Shown: in pieces, positions 54,709 to 62,901 of the stretch
Layout of the letters: each line of letters opens with the position of its first letter
How positions within the stretch are numbered: the stretch's first letter is position 1
Origin: Pseudobdellovibrionaceae bacterium
GTDB lineage: Bacteria > Bdellovibrionota > Bdellovibrionia > Bdellovibrionales > UBA1609
Length of the DNA: 64,000 nt
NCBI GenBank assembly: GCA_015163855.1
Contig: JAAOIK010000038.1
Coordinates: forward strand, 14,775 to 78,774
Direction: 5' to 3'
Program-made: the position numbers and the translations under genes
Notes under the pieces: model-generated
What the model was told of the DNA's origin: nothing
What the model saw: only the letters and a program-made list of their open reading frames with translations
Databases searched by the model: none

Positions 54709-56397
54709 TTAAAGAGTTTTAGGGATAGCAGATAATAAATCTTGTGTATATTTTTGTTGAGGTTGTTTGTAAATAGCTTCAGAAGTATTATATTCTACAA
54801 ATTTACCATTTTTCATAACTGCAATATTATCAGAAATAAATTTAATTACTCCAAGGTCATGGGAGATAAAAATATAAGTTAATTTTAGTTCTTCTTGTAA
54901 GTCTAACAATAAATTTAAAATTTGCGCTTGTATGGATACATCTAGGGCAGAAACCGACTCATCACAAACAATAAATTCTGGTTGCACAGCAAGTGCTCTT
55001 GCAATGCAGATTCTTTGTCTTTGTCCTCCAGAAAATTCATGAGGGTAGCGATTCATTACATTGGCTGGTAAATTCATTCTTTCTAAAAGAGATTCTGTTT
55101 TTTTAATTCTTTCGTTTCTGGTACCCAAATCATGAATAATCATAGGTTCCATAATAGCAGAACCAATAGTCATTCTTGGGTTTAATGAAGCATAAGGGTC
55201 TTGAAAGATAATTTGAATTTTTTTTCTCATATCTCTCATTTCTTTTTTATTTAAGTTAGTAATATTTTTTCCGTAAAATAAAATTTCTCCAGAAGTTGGC
55301 TCAGTTAATCGTAAAATAGTTCTTCCTAATGTGGTTTTTCCACAACCCGATTCTCCCACTAAACCTAAAGTTTCATTTTTAGAAACTTTAAAGCTAATAT
55401 CATCTACAGCTTTTACCCAAGAAGAGGGTTTTCCAAATATATTTTTTTTTAGCGGAAAATATTTATGCAAATTATTTACTTCTAGTAGCGTTTTATTAAA
55501 CACTTTTGATTGTAAGGGTTTTTGCACCTCTTCTACTTTTTGAGTAGAATTAACATTATTTAAAAAATCTTCCACTGTAGGCAGTCGGCGACAAGTTTTT
55601 TCTAAGGTAGGTCGGCAAGCTAATAAACCCTTAGTATAATTTTGTTGAGGGTTTAAAAAAATATCTTTTGTGTTTCCTTGTTCTACGATTTTACCACGAT
55701 GCATAACACTAATGCTATCAGCAATATTAGCAATAACTCCCAAGTCATGAGTAATAAATAACATACTCATATTATATTTTTCTTTTAAATTTAATAGTAA
55801 ATCTAAAATTTGTTTTTGAATTGTAACATCTAAGGCAGTAGTGGGTTCATCGGCAATTAATAGTTCTGGTTTACTAGCAATAGCCATGGCAATCATAATT
55901 CGTTGTCTTTGTCCGCCACTCATTTCGTGAGGGTAAGAACCAACTCTTTGTTTAGGATTAGGTATCCCTACTTGGTCCATTAAATCCATAGAGTATTCTA
56001 AAGCCTCTTTTTTATTAAGCCCTTGGTGTAAAATAACCGATTCAGAAATTTGATCGCCCACAGTAAACACAGGATTAAGACTAGTCATAGGTTCTTGAAA
56101 AATCATAGAAATTTTATTACCACGAATAGACCGCATTTCTTTTTCTGATTTTTTTAAAAGATTTTCTCCTTTAAAAAAAATTTCTCCATTGGTAATTTCT
56201 CCTGGAGGAGAGGGGATAAGGCCCATAATACTAAGTGCAGAAATACTTTTTCCAGACCCCGATTCGCCAACCATTCCCATGGTTTTTCCTTCAGGAATAG
56301 AAAAGGAAACATCATTTACGGCCTTAATATAGTTTTCACTAGTTTTAAATGCTACTTCTAAATTTTTAACAACAATAGTATTTTCTTTTGATGGCAT
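54709..56397 (-). CDS. ABC transporter ATP-binding protein with two fused ATPase cassettes (OppD/OppF, GsiA/YejF-like)
   Basis: 562 aa. Two Walker A motifs (GESGSGKS, GESGCGKT), two LSGGQ motifs (MSGGQRQR, FSGGQRQR) and two Walker B motifs (LLIADEPT, FIVCDESV). It has Opp-type C-terminal motifs (NPQQNYTKGLL, QPQQKYTQDLL). No permease or binding-protein gene is adjacent. Confidence 0.88.
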   Translation of the reverse strand: MPSKENTIVVKNLEVAFKTSENYIKAVNDVSFSIPEGKTMGMVGESGSGKSISALSIMGLIPSPPGEITNGEIFFKGENLLKKSEKEMRSIRGNKISMIFQEPMTSLNPVFTVGDQISESVILHQGLNKKEALEYSMDLMDQVGIPNPKQRVGSYPHEMSGGQRQRIMIAMAIASKPELLIADEPTTALDVTIQKQILDLLLNLKEKYNMSMLFITHDLGVIANIADSISVMHRGKIVEQGNTKDIFLNPQQNYTKGLLACRPTLEKTCRRLPTVEDFLNNVNSTQKVEEVQKPLQSKVFNKTLLEVNNLHKYFPLKKNIFGKPSSWVKAVDDISFKVSKNETLGLVGESGCGKTTLGRTILRLTEPTSGEILFYGKNITNLNKKEMRDMRKKIQIIFQDPYASLNPRMTIGSAIMEPMIIHDLGTRNERIKKTESLLERMNLPANVMNRYPHEFSGGQRQRICIARALAVQPEFIVCDESVSALDVSIQAQILNLLLDLQEELKLTYIFISHDLGVIKFISDNIAVMKNGKFVEYNTSEAIYKQPQQKYTQDLLSAIPKTL

Positions 56398-56475
56398 AAT
56401 TGCTTCTCCTACTCTTTAATAGTATAGGGAAGTAGTTTATTTTTACAAGTAAATTACTAATAAACAAAGGAACTT

Positions 56476-57126
56476 ATGAGGGAAGAAAATAGTGCGCAAA
56501 TAAATTATATGAATAGTATTTTTGGAAAAGAAATGGATACTCAATCTAGTATTCGAGAAGCTTTAAAAAAAGATAATAAAACAAGAATTCATATTAGTCC
56601 CTATGAAGCACAAATTTTATCTTTTTTTGTTAAGTTTTCTGGAGCAAAAAGGATTTTAGAAATTGGATCTTTATATGGATATTCTACTTTTTGTTTAGCT
56701 CATGCAGCAGGAAGGAACTCTAGTGTTTACGCTTGCGAAAAGTGCCCAAAAAATATTAGTAAAGCTAAAGAATTAATGAAAGGCACAGAAGAACTAAATA
56801 GAATTCAATGGTATTCTGGCGAAGCATTGCCTCATTTAGACGACTTTTCTAAAGAAGAAGATTTTGATTTAATTTTTATTGATGCAGATAAATCTAACTA
56901 CAATAATTATAGAAAATGGGCAGTAAAACACCTTAAAACCAAAGGTTTGCTTATAGCTGACAATAGTTTTCTTTTTGGCTCAGTGTATCATGAACCTAGA
57001 GATAATACGGCGCATAAACACCATCAAGTAATGGTAGATTTCAATAATGATTTAAGTAACTTAAAGCTTTTTAACTCTATGATTATCCCCACATTTGAGG
57101 GCTTAACAGTGGCTCAAAAAATATAA
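56476..57126 (+). CDS. Class I SAM-dependent O-methyltransferase (family 3, caffeoyl-CoA OMT/YrrM-like)
   Basis: 216 aa with ILEIGSLYGYST (SAM motif I) and FDLIFIDADKSNY, typical of family-3 O-methyltransferases. Confidence 0.8.
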   Translation: MREENSAQINYMNSIFGKEMDTQSSIREALKKDNKTRIHISPYEAQILSFFVKFSGAKRILEIGSLYGYSTFCLAHAAGRNSSVYACEKCPKNISKAKELMKGTEELNRIQWYSGEALPHLDDFSKEEDFDLIFIDADKSNYNNYRKWAVKHLKTKGLLIADNSFLFGSVYHEPRDNTAHKHHQVMVDFNNDLSNLKLFNSMIIPTFEGLTVAQKI

Positions 57127-57188
57127 AAACCCTGCATTTTTTTGCAATGCATAATGAATAAAAGACCATAATTTGAAACTATGCCCGT

Positions 57189-57210
57189 AAGCCAGACCGA
57201 AGTCTGGTTT
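57189..57210 (+). terminator. Short stem-loop (CCAGAC-CGAA-GTCTGG plus TTT) between the O-methyltransferase and S41 peptidase genes
   Basis: aagCCAGACcgaaGTCTGGttt. It has 6 G/C-rich pairs, extendable to 9 with A-U/G-U, and a tetraloop. The T-run is only 3 nt, so it is a weak terminator or a leader structure. It lies inside the track's N-terminal extension (ATG 57181), which argues for the ATG at 57235. Confidence 0.3.
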
Positions 57211-57234
57211 ACAAATTTAACAAAAGGTTTACTG

Positions 57235-58854
57235 ATGTTCAAAATAGTTTCTTGGTTTAGCATTATAGTATTAGGTATAGCTATTAATTCTAACGTAGCT
57301 TTTTCTCAAAAATTAACTAAAGAACAAAGGTTACTAGATTTTCATTATTTAGTTTCTCATATTAAATCCTCTTATGGACCTTTAGAGTATAAAACTAAAA
57401 ATAGAATTGTTAATATAAACAAGCTTATTAAAAAATTTCGAAAAAAAGTAGCTAAAGCAAAAACTAATGGTGAGTTTTATTACACTATTAGAGAATTTAC
57501 TTCTAGCTTTCGAGATGGTCACTTTTCTACTAGAATTCCTACATCATATAGAGCCAGCTTACCTTTGCGTACTGAGTGGGTAAACGGAAAAATTTTAGTA
57601 CAATTGGCTCTTCCTGTACCTGGTAATATTCAGTTAAGCCCTGGTGATGAAATTTTAAAATTTAACAACAAGCCAGTAAAAAAGGTACTAAGACAATTAA
57701 AAAAATATATAGGTTCAGGTTCTAAACAAACAGAAACTCGTTGGGCAGCATGGTTGCTAACTATTAGACCAGGCTCTTTGTTACCAGTACCTGTTAATAA
57801 TAAAGTAATATTGCGTGTAAAATTAAAATCCTCTGGAAAAATAGTAAATGTTAATAGAAAATGGAAATTTTCTGGAGAATTTTTAGATGAAAATAAAAAG
57901 TTTGGAAAAAAATCTAAAAATTTACAAAATTTTAGCGGTAATCAATCTGTAGTATTTAATCCCATTGAAAATTTATCTATATCAGATAGTTTCGATTCTT
58001 TACTAAAAGAAGACTCGTTTGCAGAAGTAACTTATGCATGTAGCCCTAGTACTCGTATTGCTATACCAGCAGATGCTACGGTAATTATGAAAGAGCCTTT
58101 TGTAGCTTATTATTACCCTACAAAAAAAGGAAATGTAGGCTATTTAAGAATCCCTCATTATTCCTTTGGAGAGCAGTCTAAACAGGTTTTTGCTAACTAT
58201 GCTTATGCTGTTAGTGAACTAGAAAAAAACACAGTAGCCTTAGTTATTGACCAAGATCATAACTGTGGTGGAAGTGTAACCTTTTTAGGAGATATGTTTG
58301 GACTATTTATAGACAGACCTGTAAACAATGCTTTATTTCGATTAGTGGCTAATAAGAGCGTTTATATCTCTTTAAAAAGTTATGTAGAAAGAGCTAGCCC
58401 TAATGTAATAGGTTTCTCTATTTGGAAGCATTTTCTAGCTCAAGTAAAAACCGCTTGGTTAGGAAATAAGTATTTAACAGATAAAATTTCTTTACAAAAA
58501 ATTTATCCAAATGCAGAAGCTAGATATACAAAACCTATTACTGTATTAACCGATGAACTTTCTGGTTCTGGAGGAGATGCTTTCCCAGCTTTAATGCAAG
58601 GTTATAATCGTGCAACGATTTTGGGAACAAAAACTTCTGGTTTAGGTGGTTCTGTAGCCTCTATTCCTAATTTACCTTTTTCTCAAATATCGGTAAGATT
58701 AACACAAACTTTATTTTATCACCCTAATGGACAAGAAATTGAAAATAATGGTGTAAATCCAGATGTACCTTATACTATAACAGACAAAGATTTTATTAAT
58801 AAATATCTAGATTATAGAACTTTTTATACACAAAAAACATTAGATTTATTGTAA
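57235..58854 (+). CDS. Secreted S41-family (tail-specific/IRBP-like) serine peptidase
   Basis: The start at ATG 57235, with AAGG about 7 nt upstream, gives a signal/anchor (MFKIVSWFSIIVLGIAINSNVAFS). It has a PDZ-like segment (LSPGDEILKFNNKPV). The S41 catalytic region is VLTDELSGSGGDAFPALMQGYNRATILGTKTSGLGG. An alternative start lies at 57181. Confidence 0.55.
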   Translation: MFKIVSWFSIIVLGIAINSNVAFSQKLTKEQRLLDFHYLVSHIKSSYGPLEYKTKNRIVNINKLIKKFRKKVAKAKTNGEFYYTIREFTSSFRDGHFSTRIPTSYRASLPLRTEWVNGKILVQLALPVPGNIQLSPGDEILKFNNKPVKKVLRQLKKYIGSGSKQTETRWAAWLLTIRPGSLLPVPVNNKVILRVKLKSSGKIVNVNRKWKFSGEFLDENKKFGKKSKNLQNFSGNQSVVFNPIENLSISDSFDSLLKEDSFAEVTYACSPSTRIAIPADATVIMKEPFVAYYYPTKKGNVGYLRIPHYSFGEQSKQVFANYAYAVSELEKNTVALVIDQDHNCGGSVTFLGDMFGLFIDRPVNNALFRLVANKSVYISLKSYVERASPNVIGFSIWKHFLAQVKTAWLGNKYLTDKISLQKIYPNAEARYTKPITVLTDELSGSGGDAFPALMQGYNRATILGTKTSGLGGSVASIPNLPFSQISVRLTQTLFYHPNGQEIENNGVNPDVPYTITDKDFINKYLDYRTFYTQKTLDLL

Positions 58855-58890
58855 TATATTACCTTTACTAATAATCTTCATTGCTAAGAA

Positions 58891-58922
58891 ATAGCCAAGT
58901 GTGAAAACTTGGCTATTTTTTC
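58891..58922 (+). terminator. Rho-independent terminator downstream of the S41 peptidase gene
   Basis: ATAGCCAAGT (58891-58900), loop gtgaaa, ACTTGGCTAT (58907-58916), a perfect 10-bp stem, followed by TTTTTT (58917-58922). Confidence 0.75.
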
Positions 58923-59026
58923 TTTATTTGCTTAAAATACAAATCATGTTAGTTTAATAATGTATAGAAAATCAATGACTTAGATATATATATAAAATTG
59001 GTAGTAAAAGTTAAAAAGAGTAATTT

Positions 59027-59752
59027 ATGTTTACAATTCAAGCTTGGGGAAAAACCGATATAGGTTCTGTTCGTAAAGAAAATCAAGATGCTATTTTAAT
59101 AGATAAGAAACTTAATTTGTATGCAGTGGCCGACGGAATGGGGGGGTATAAAGGAGGGGCTTTAGCCTCTAAAATAGCTACTGAAGAATTATATTCTTTT
59201 TTAGATGGTAATAAAACATCTTTAAAAGAATCTAATATTTCTCACTATATTCAAAAAGCCTATTCACAGGCCAATACATCAATTTATTCTACAGCTCAAA
59301 AAAAAGAAGGATTTACGGGTATGGGAACAACTATGGTAAGTTGCCTTGCTTTTGATAATACTTTTTATATTGCTAATGTGGGAGATTCTAGAGCCTATTT
59401 ATTTAGAGATAATTTATTATGGCAAATAACTAAAGACCATTCCTTAGCAGAAGAAAGTTTAAGGATGGGGCAATCTATTGATAATATTAATGCTAACATT
59501 ATTACTCGCAGTGTGGGCTATGCTTCTGAGGTTATAGTAGACGTTATTGAAAGACCTTTGCAAAATGGAGATTATATTTTGTTATGCTCTGATGGATTAA
59601 ATAAAATGATTTCTGATGAAGAATTAGCAGAGTTATTAAAAACAAGAAACAATAAAACTATAGCCAAAGATTTAGTACAATTGTCTAACAAAAGAAGAAG
59701 TATTGATAATGTGTCTGTATTATGGATTGAAATAAAGCTTAATAAATCTTAA
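59027..59752 (+). CDS. PP2C-family Ser/Thr protein phosphatase
   Basis: 241 aa with GKTDIGSVRKENQDA, AVADGMGGYKGG, NVGDSRAY, LLCSDGL, and DNVS. Confidence 0.9.
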   Translation: MFTIQAWGKTDIGSVRKENQDAILIDKKLNLYAVADGMGGYKGGALASKIATEELYSFLDGNKTSLKESNISHYIQKAYSQANTSIYSTAQKKEGFTGMGTTMVSCLAFDNTFYIANVGDSRAYLFRDNLLWQITKDHSLAEESLRMGQSIDNINANIITRSVGYASEVIVDVIERPLQNGDYILLCSDGLNKMISDEELAELLKTRNNKTIAKDLVQLSNKRRSIDNVSVLWIEIKLNKS

Positions 59753-59772
59753 TAAAAGATTTTTGCATATCT

Positions 59773-60741
59773 ATGGAAAATAACAAAAAATTTACACTAA
59801 TTTTAACTAGTAATAACTCTGACAAAACACGCTCTTGGCAATTGTCTTCTACTTTATTACAATTTTTAAGTTTAATTTTAGGTATTCTTGTAATTTTATT
59901 ATTTTCTTTTTTTATAGATTATTTTTCTTTATTAATTAAAACAGGTAATTTAAAAAAGCTAACAATAGAAAACCGATTATTAAAAAAACAGATGTCTCAA
60001 CTAAATGTTGAAGCCAAAAAAATAAGAAATTATTTAGATAGAATACAAACTTATACAAAAAAACTAAAACTAATATCTAATATCACTGATGATAAAAGGG
60101 TTTTGGAGCTATCCTTAAAAGACACTAAAGTGTTTCCAGATAATAATGTACTCAATAAAAAAGATTTTTTGTTATCTGATAATACACGCTTATTTTCAGA
60201 CCCATTATTAGAAGATAAACAATTACATTTATATGAAAAATTATCAGAAAAGTTACTGGATCTTAATAAAAAAAGCGCATTAGTAGAAAATAATGCTTTA
60301 AATATCTATGAAAACTTATGGGATAAAACAGAATTTTTAGCAGCTACTCCAAACATTGCTCCTGTAAAGGGATGGCAAAGTTCTACTTTTGGCTATAGAA
60401 GAAATCCAGTTACAGGAAGAATAGCATTGCACAAAGGTTTAGACTTTGTAGCTCCTCCTGGTACTCCTGTTTGGGCTTCGGCCGAAGGGATCGTTTCTCA
60501 TGTGGGTTATGATTTAGGCTATGGTAAATTAGTAATTTTAGATCATGGTTATGGGGTAAAAAGCTATTATGCTCATAATTCGCAAATACTTACTAAATTA
60601 GGGGCTAAAGTTAAACGATGGGATGTTATATCCGCTGTGGGCAACACAGGCTCTTCCACAGGAGCTCATTTACATTATGAAATTAGAGTTAAAGGAATTC
60701 CTGTGGATCCTAGCAATTATATATTGGATAATATTTATTAA
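59773..60741 (+). CDS. M23-family peptidase (LytM domain) with N-terminal TM and coiled-coil region
   Basis: 322 aa with a TM (LLQFLSLILGILVILLFSFFI) and a coiled-coil-like region. The LytM domain carries HKGLDFVAPPGTPVWA, GNTGSSTGAHLHYEI. Confidence 0.9.
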   Translation: MENNKKFTLILTSNNSDKTRSWQLSSTLLQFLSLILGILVILLFSFFIDYFSLLIKTGNLKKLTIENRLLKKQMSQLNVEAKKIRNYLDRIQTYTKKLKLISNITDDKRVLELSLKDTKVFPDNNVLNKKDFLLSDNTRLFSDPLLEDKQLHLYEKLSEKLLDLNKKSALVENNALNIYENLWDKTEFLAATPNIAPVKGWQSSTFGYRRNPVTGRIALHKGLDFVAPPGTPVWASAEGIVSHVGYDLGYGKLVILDHGYGVKSYYAHNSQILTKLGAKVKRWDVISAVGNTGSSTGAHLHYEIRVKGIPVDPSNYILDNIY

Positions 60742-60760
60742 AAATGACTAGTATATTTTG

Positions 60761-61549
60761 ATGATAAAAAAACAACTATTAGCTAAATTACAAGAATTAT
60801 CTTTACAGCCTAAATTTAGCTTAGGACAAAATTTTTTAATTAGTCAAAATGTAGTAGAGTTAATTATTTCTAAAATAAATACTATATTAAAACAGTCTTC
60901 ATTAATAGAAATTGGACCAGGTTTAGGGGCTTTAACTAATCATTTATTAAATTATGACGACTATACAGTAATCGAATTAGATCGTGATTTAGCTAAATAT
61001 TGGAAATCTAAAGAAGTAAAAGTTATAGAAGCAGATGCTTTACAGTTAGATTGGAAGAGTTTAAATATAAAAGGCAATGCCGTTTTAGTGAGTAACTTAC
61101 CTTATCAAATTTCTTCTAGATTATTTATTGATCGAAGTTTAGGACCTTTAAATATTCAACACATGTTGCTTATGTTTCAAAAAGAAGTGGCACAAAGAAT
61201 TACAGCCTCTATAGACAGCAAAGCTTATGGAATACTTTCTGTAATTGGGCAATTAGTATGGGATATTAATAAATTGTGTGATGTGTCACCTCAAGAGTTT
61301 TATCCAGCTCCTAAGGTTGCGGGAAGAGTTTTGTATTTTTCTAGAAAGTCTTTAGCTTTAGAAAAAGCTTTTTTTCTATTTGTAAAGCAAGCCTTTTCGC
61401 AAAGAAGAAAAATGCTGGTAAAAAATCTTTCTTCTTTTTTGTCTGTAGATGAGATAGTATCTATTACAGGTAGTAAAACAAAAAGGGCAGAAAATGTTAG
61501 CCCCGAAGAGTTTTATTCTCTTTATAATTTGTATAAGTCTAGTAAGTAA
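60761..61549 (+). CDS. rsmA: 16S rRNA (adenine1518/1519-N6)-dimethyltransferase
   Basis: KsgA motifs FSLGQNFL, EIGPGLGALT, and SNLPYQISS. I prefer the ATG at 60761 over the adjacent TTG at 60758. Confidence 0.9.
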   Translation: MIKKQLLAKLQELSLQPKFSLGQNFLISQNVVELIISKINTILKQSSLIEIGPGLGALTNHLLNYDDYTVIELDRDLAKYWKSKEVKVIEADALQLDWKSLNIKGNAVLVSNLPYQISSRLFIDRSLGPLNIQHMLLMFQKEVAQRITASIDSKAYGILSVIGQLVWDINKLCDVSPQEFYPAPKVAGRVLYFSRKSLALEKAFFLFVKQAFSQRRKMLVKNLSSFLSVDEIVSITGSKTKRAENVSPEEFYSLYNLYKSSK

Positions 61550-61559
61550 AAGGTTTTGT

Positions 61560-62006
61560 ATGGGTATTAAGATTATTGTAAATAATAAAAAAGCTTTTCA
61601 TAATTATCATATTTTAGAAAAATATGAAGCCGGTTTGGTTCTTACAGGCAGTGAAGTTAAATCTTTAGCATTAGGTGAGGTTAATTTAAAAGACTCTTAT
61701 GTTGTTTTTAAAAATAACGAAGCTTTTTTACAAAAAGCGCATATTAATGTATATAAATTTAGTAGTTATAATAATCATGAGCCAGAGCGATTACGAAAAT
61801 TATTATTAAGTCGATTAGAATTAAATAAAATTCAACAAACAATGAAAGAAAAATCTTTAAGTTGTATCCCTTTAAAACTCTATTTTTCTAAATCTTTAAT
61901 AAAATTAGAAATTGCTTTAGCTAAAGGAAAAAAGATGCACGATAAAAGAGCCGATTTAAAACAAAAATCTTTAAAAAGAGAAATCGATCAGCATTTTAAA
62001 AAATAA
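61560..62006 (+). CDS. smpB: SsrA-binding protein SmpB
   Basis: The start at ATG 61560 gives MGIKIIVNNKKAFHNYHILEKYEAGLVLTGSEVKS, the canonical SmpB N-terminus. The C-terminus is GKK.HDKR. The track's longer ORF (61494) overlaps rsmA and adds a non-homologous leader. Confidence 0.93.
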   Translation: MGIKIIVNNKKAFHNYHILEKYEAGLVLTGSEVKSLALGEVNLKDSYVVFKNNEAFLQKAHINVYKFSSYNNHEPERLRKLLLSRLELNKIQQTMKEKSLSCIPLKLYFSKSLIKLEIALAKGKKMHDKRADLKQKSLKREIDQHFKK

Positions 62007-62109
62007 AGCTGCTTTAAAGCCATAAAAGTAATTTAAAAATTGAAAATAAAGAGTTTAAAAAAATAAGAATAAAAATAAAACACCTATTTTTCAATCCACA
62101 AGGTTTATT

Positions 62110-62856
62110 ATGAGTGAAGAATTACGATTATCTAAATTAATGACAATAAAAGGAATTTGTTCTAGGCGTGAAGCCGATTTTTGTATACAAAATGCATGGG
62201 TTTTAGTAGATGGCCATATTGTAAATACTTTGGGTACAAAAGTAAAAGATACTGTTGATGTACAGCTAACTCCTGAGGGAAAAGCCTATATTGATAAAAA
62301 AATTAGTGTAATTTTAAACAAGCCCATAGGTTATGTGTCTAGCCAACCAGAAAAAAATTATTCTACAGCTAGTGAATTGTTGTTACCAAAAAACCGTTAT
62401 TCCCGATTCGAAGAAGGTAAGGCTTTAAGTAAAGAGGATTTATCTTCTTTGGCTCCTGTGGGTAGGTTAGATATTGAATCCAAAGGCTTGTTAGTTTTAA
62501 GCCAAGATGGAAGACTTACCAAAAGCATTATTGGGCCTTCTGCTTCGGTGGAAAAAGAATATTTAGTACGAGTCGAGGGCGAAGTCACTGAAGAGGCTTT
62601 AGACTTATTACATAAAGGTTTGTATTTAGATGGTCAGCCTTTAAAGCCGGTTAAAATTATGGAAATAGAAGAAAATTTATTAAAAATGGTTTTAATTGAA
62701 GGTCGTAAAAGACAAATACGACGAATGTGTGAGTTGGTAAAACTGCAAGTTACAGGGTTAAAACGGGTTAGAATTGGTAGTTTAATGTTAGCCGACCTAC
62801 CAGAAGGGCAGTGGCGATTACTGTCCCATGACGAAAAGTTAAAATTTTTAAAGTAA
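62110..62856 (+). CDS. RsuA/RluF-family pseudouridine synthase with S4 domain
   Basis: 248 aa with an S4 domain (RLSKLMTIKGICSRREADFCIQNAWVLVDG), the catalytic motif VGRLDIESKGLLVLSQDG, and GRKRQIRRM. Confidence 0.8.
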   Translation: MSEELRLSKLMTIKGICSRREADFCIQNAWVLVDGHIVNTLGTKVKDTVDVQLTPEGKAYIDKKISVILNKPIGYVSSQPEKNYSTASELLLPKNRYSRFEEGKALSKEDLSSLAPVGRLDIESKGLLVLSQDGRLTKSIIGPSASVEKEYLVRVEGEVTEEALDLLHKGLYLDGQPLKPVKIMEIEENLLKMVLIEGRKRQIRRMCELVKLQVTGLKRVRIGSLMLADLPEGQWRLLSHDEKLKFLK

Positions 62857-62901
62857 CGAACCTACAAAGCAACGCGCCTGCAAAGTGTTTTATATCTAAT
62901 A

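Noticed and set aside
7163-61559. Longer N-terminal extensions offered by the ORF track: 7163 (OMP), 24734 (pgk), 31481 (alaS), 45070 (batD), 57181 (S41 peptidase), 60758 (rsmA) and 61494 (smpB).
   Set aside because: In each case a downstream in-frame ATG or GTG has a better-placed Shine-Dalgarno sequence. It also starts exactly at the conserved N-terminus or signal peptide, or avoids a long overlap with the upstream gene. For 57181 the extension also contains a stem-loop.
62007-62109. I looked for tmRNA (ssrA) downstream of smpB, where it often lies.
   Set aside because: The spacer is only 103 nt and almost pure A/T. It has no tRNA-like acceptor/T-arm sequence and no resume-codon/tag ORF. 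ssrA must be elsewhere in the genome.
788-62588. About 24 other short (60-122 aa) ORFs in the track that lie within or antisense to larger genes. Examples are 788-1003, 3392-3628, 9831-10016, 15764-15946, 18695-18952, 19511-19759, 26170-26412, 28241-28635, 28954-29217, 32149-32349, 32833-33021, 33466-33726, 34000-34491, 39725-39922, 42658-42867, 44764-44967, 46386-46619, 51743-52166, 54012-54380, 55331-55543 and 62397-62588.
   Set aside because: Each is fully embedded in a CDS that has clear family motifs on the other strand or frame. None has a recognisable domain or a convincing RBS. I treat them as shadow ORFs.
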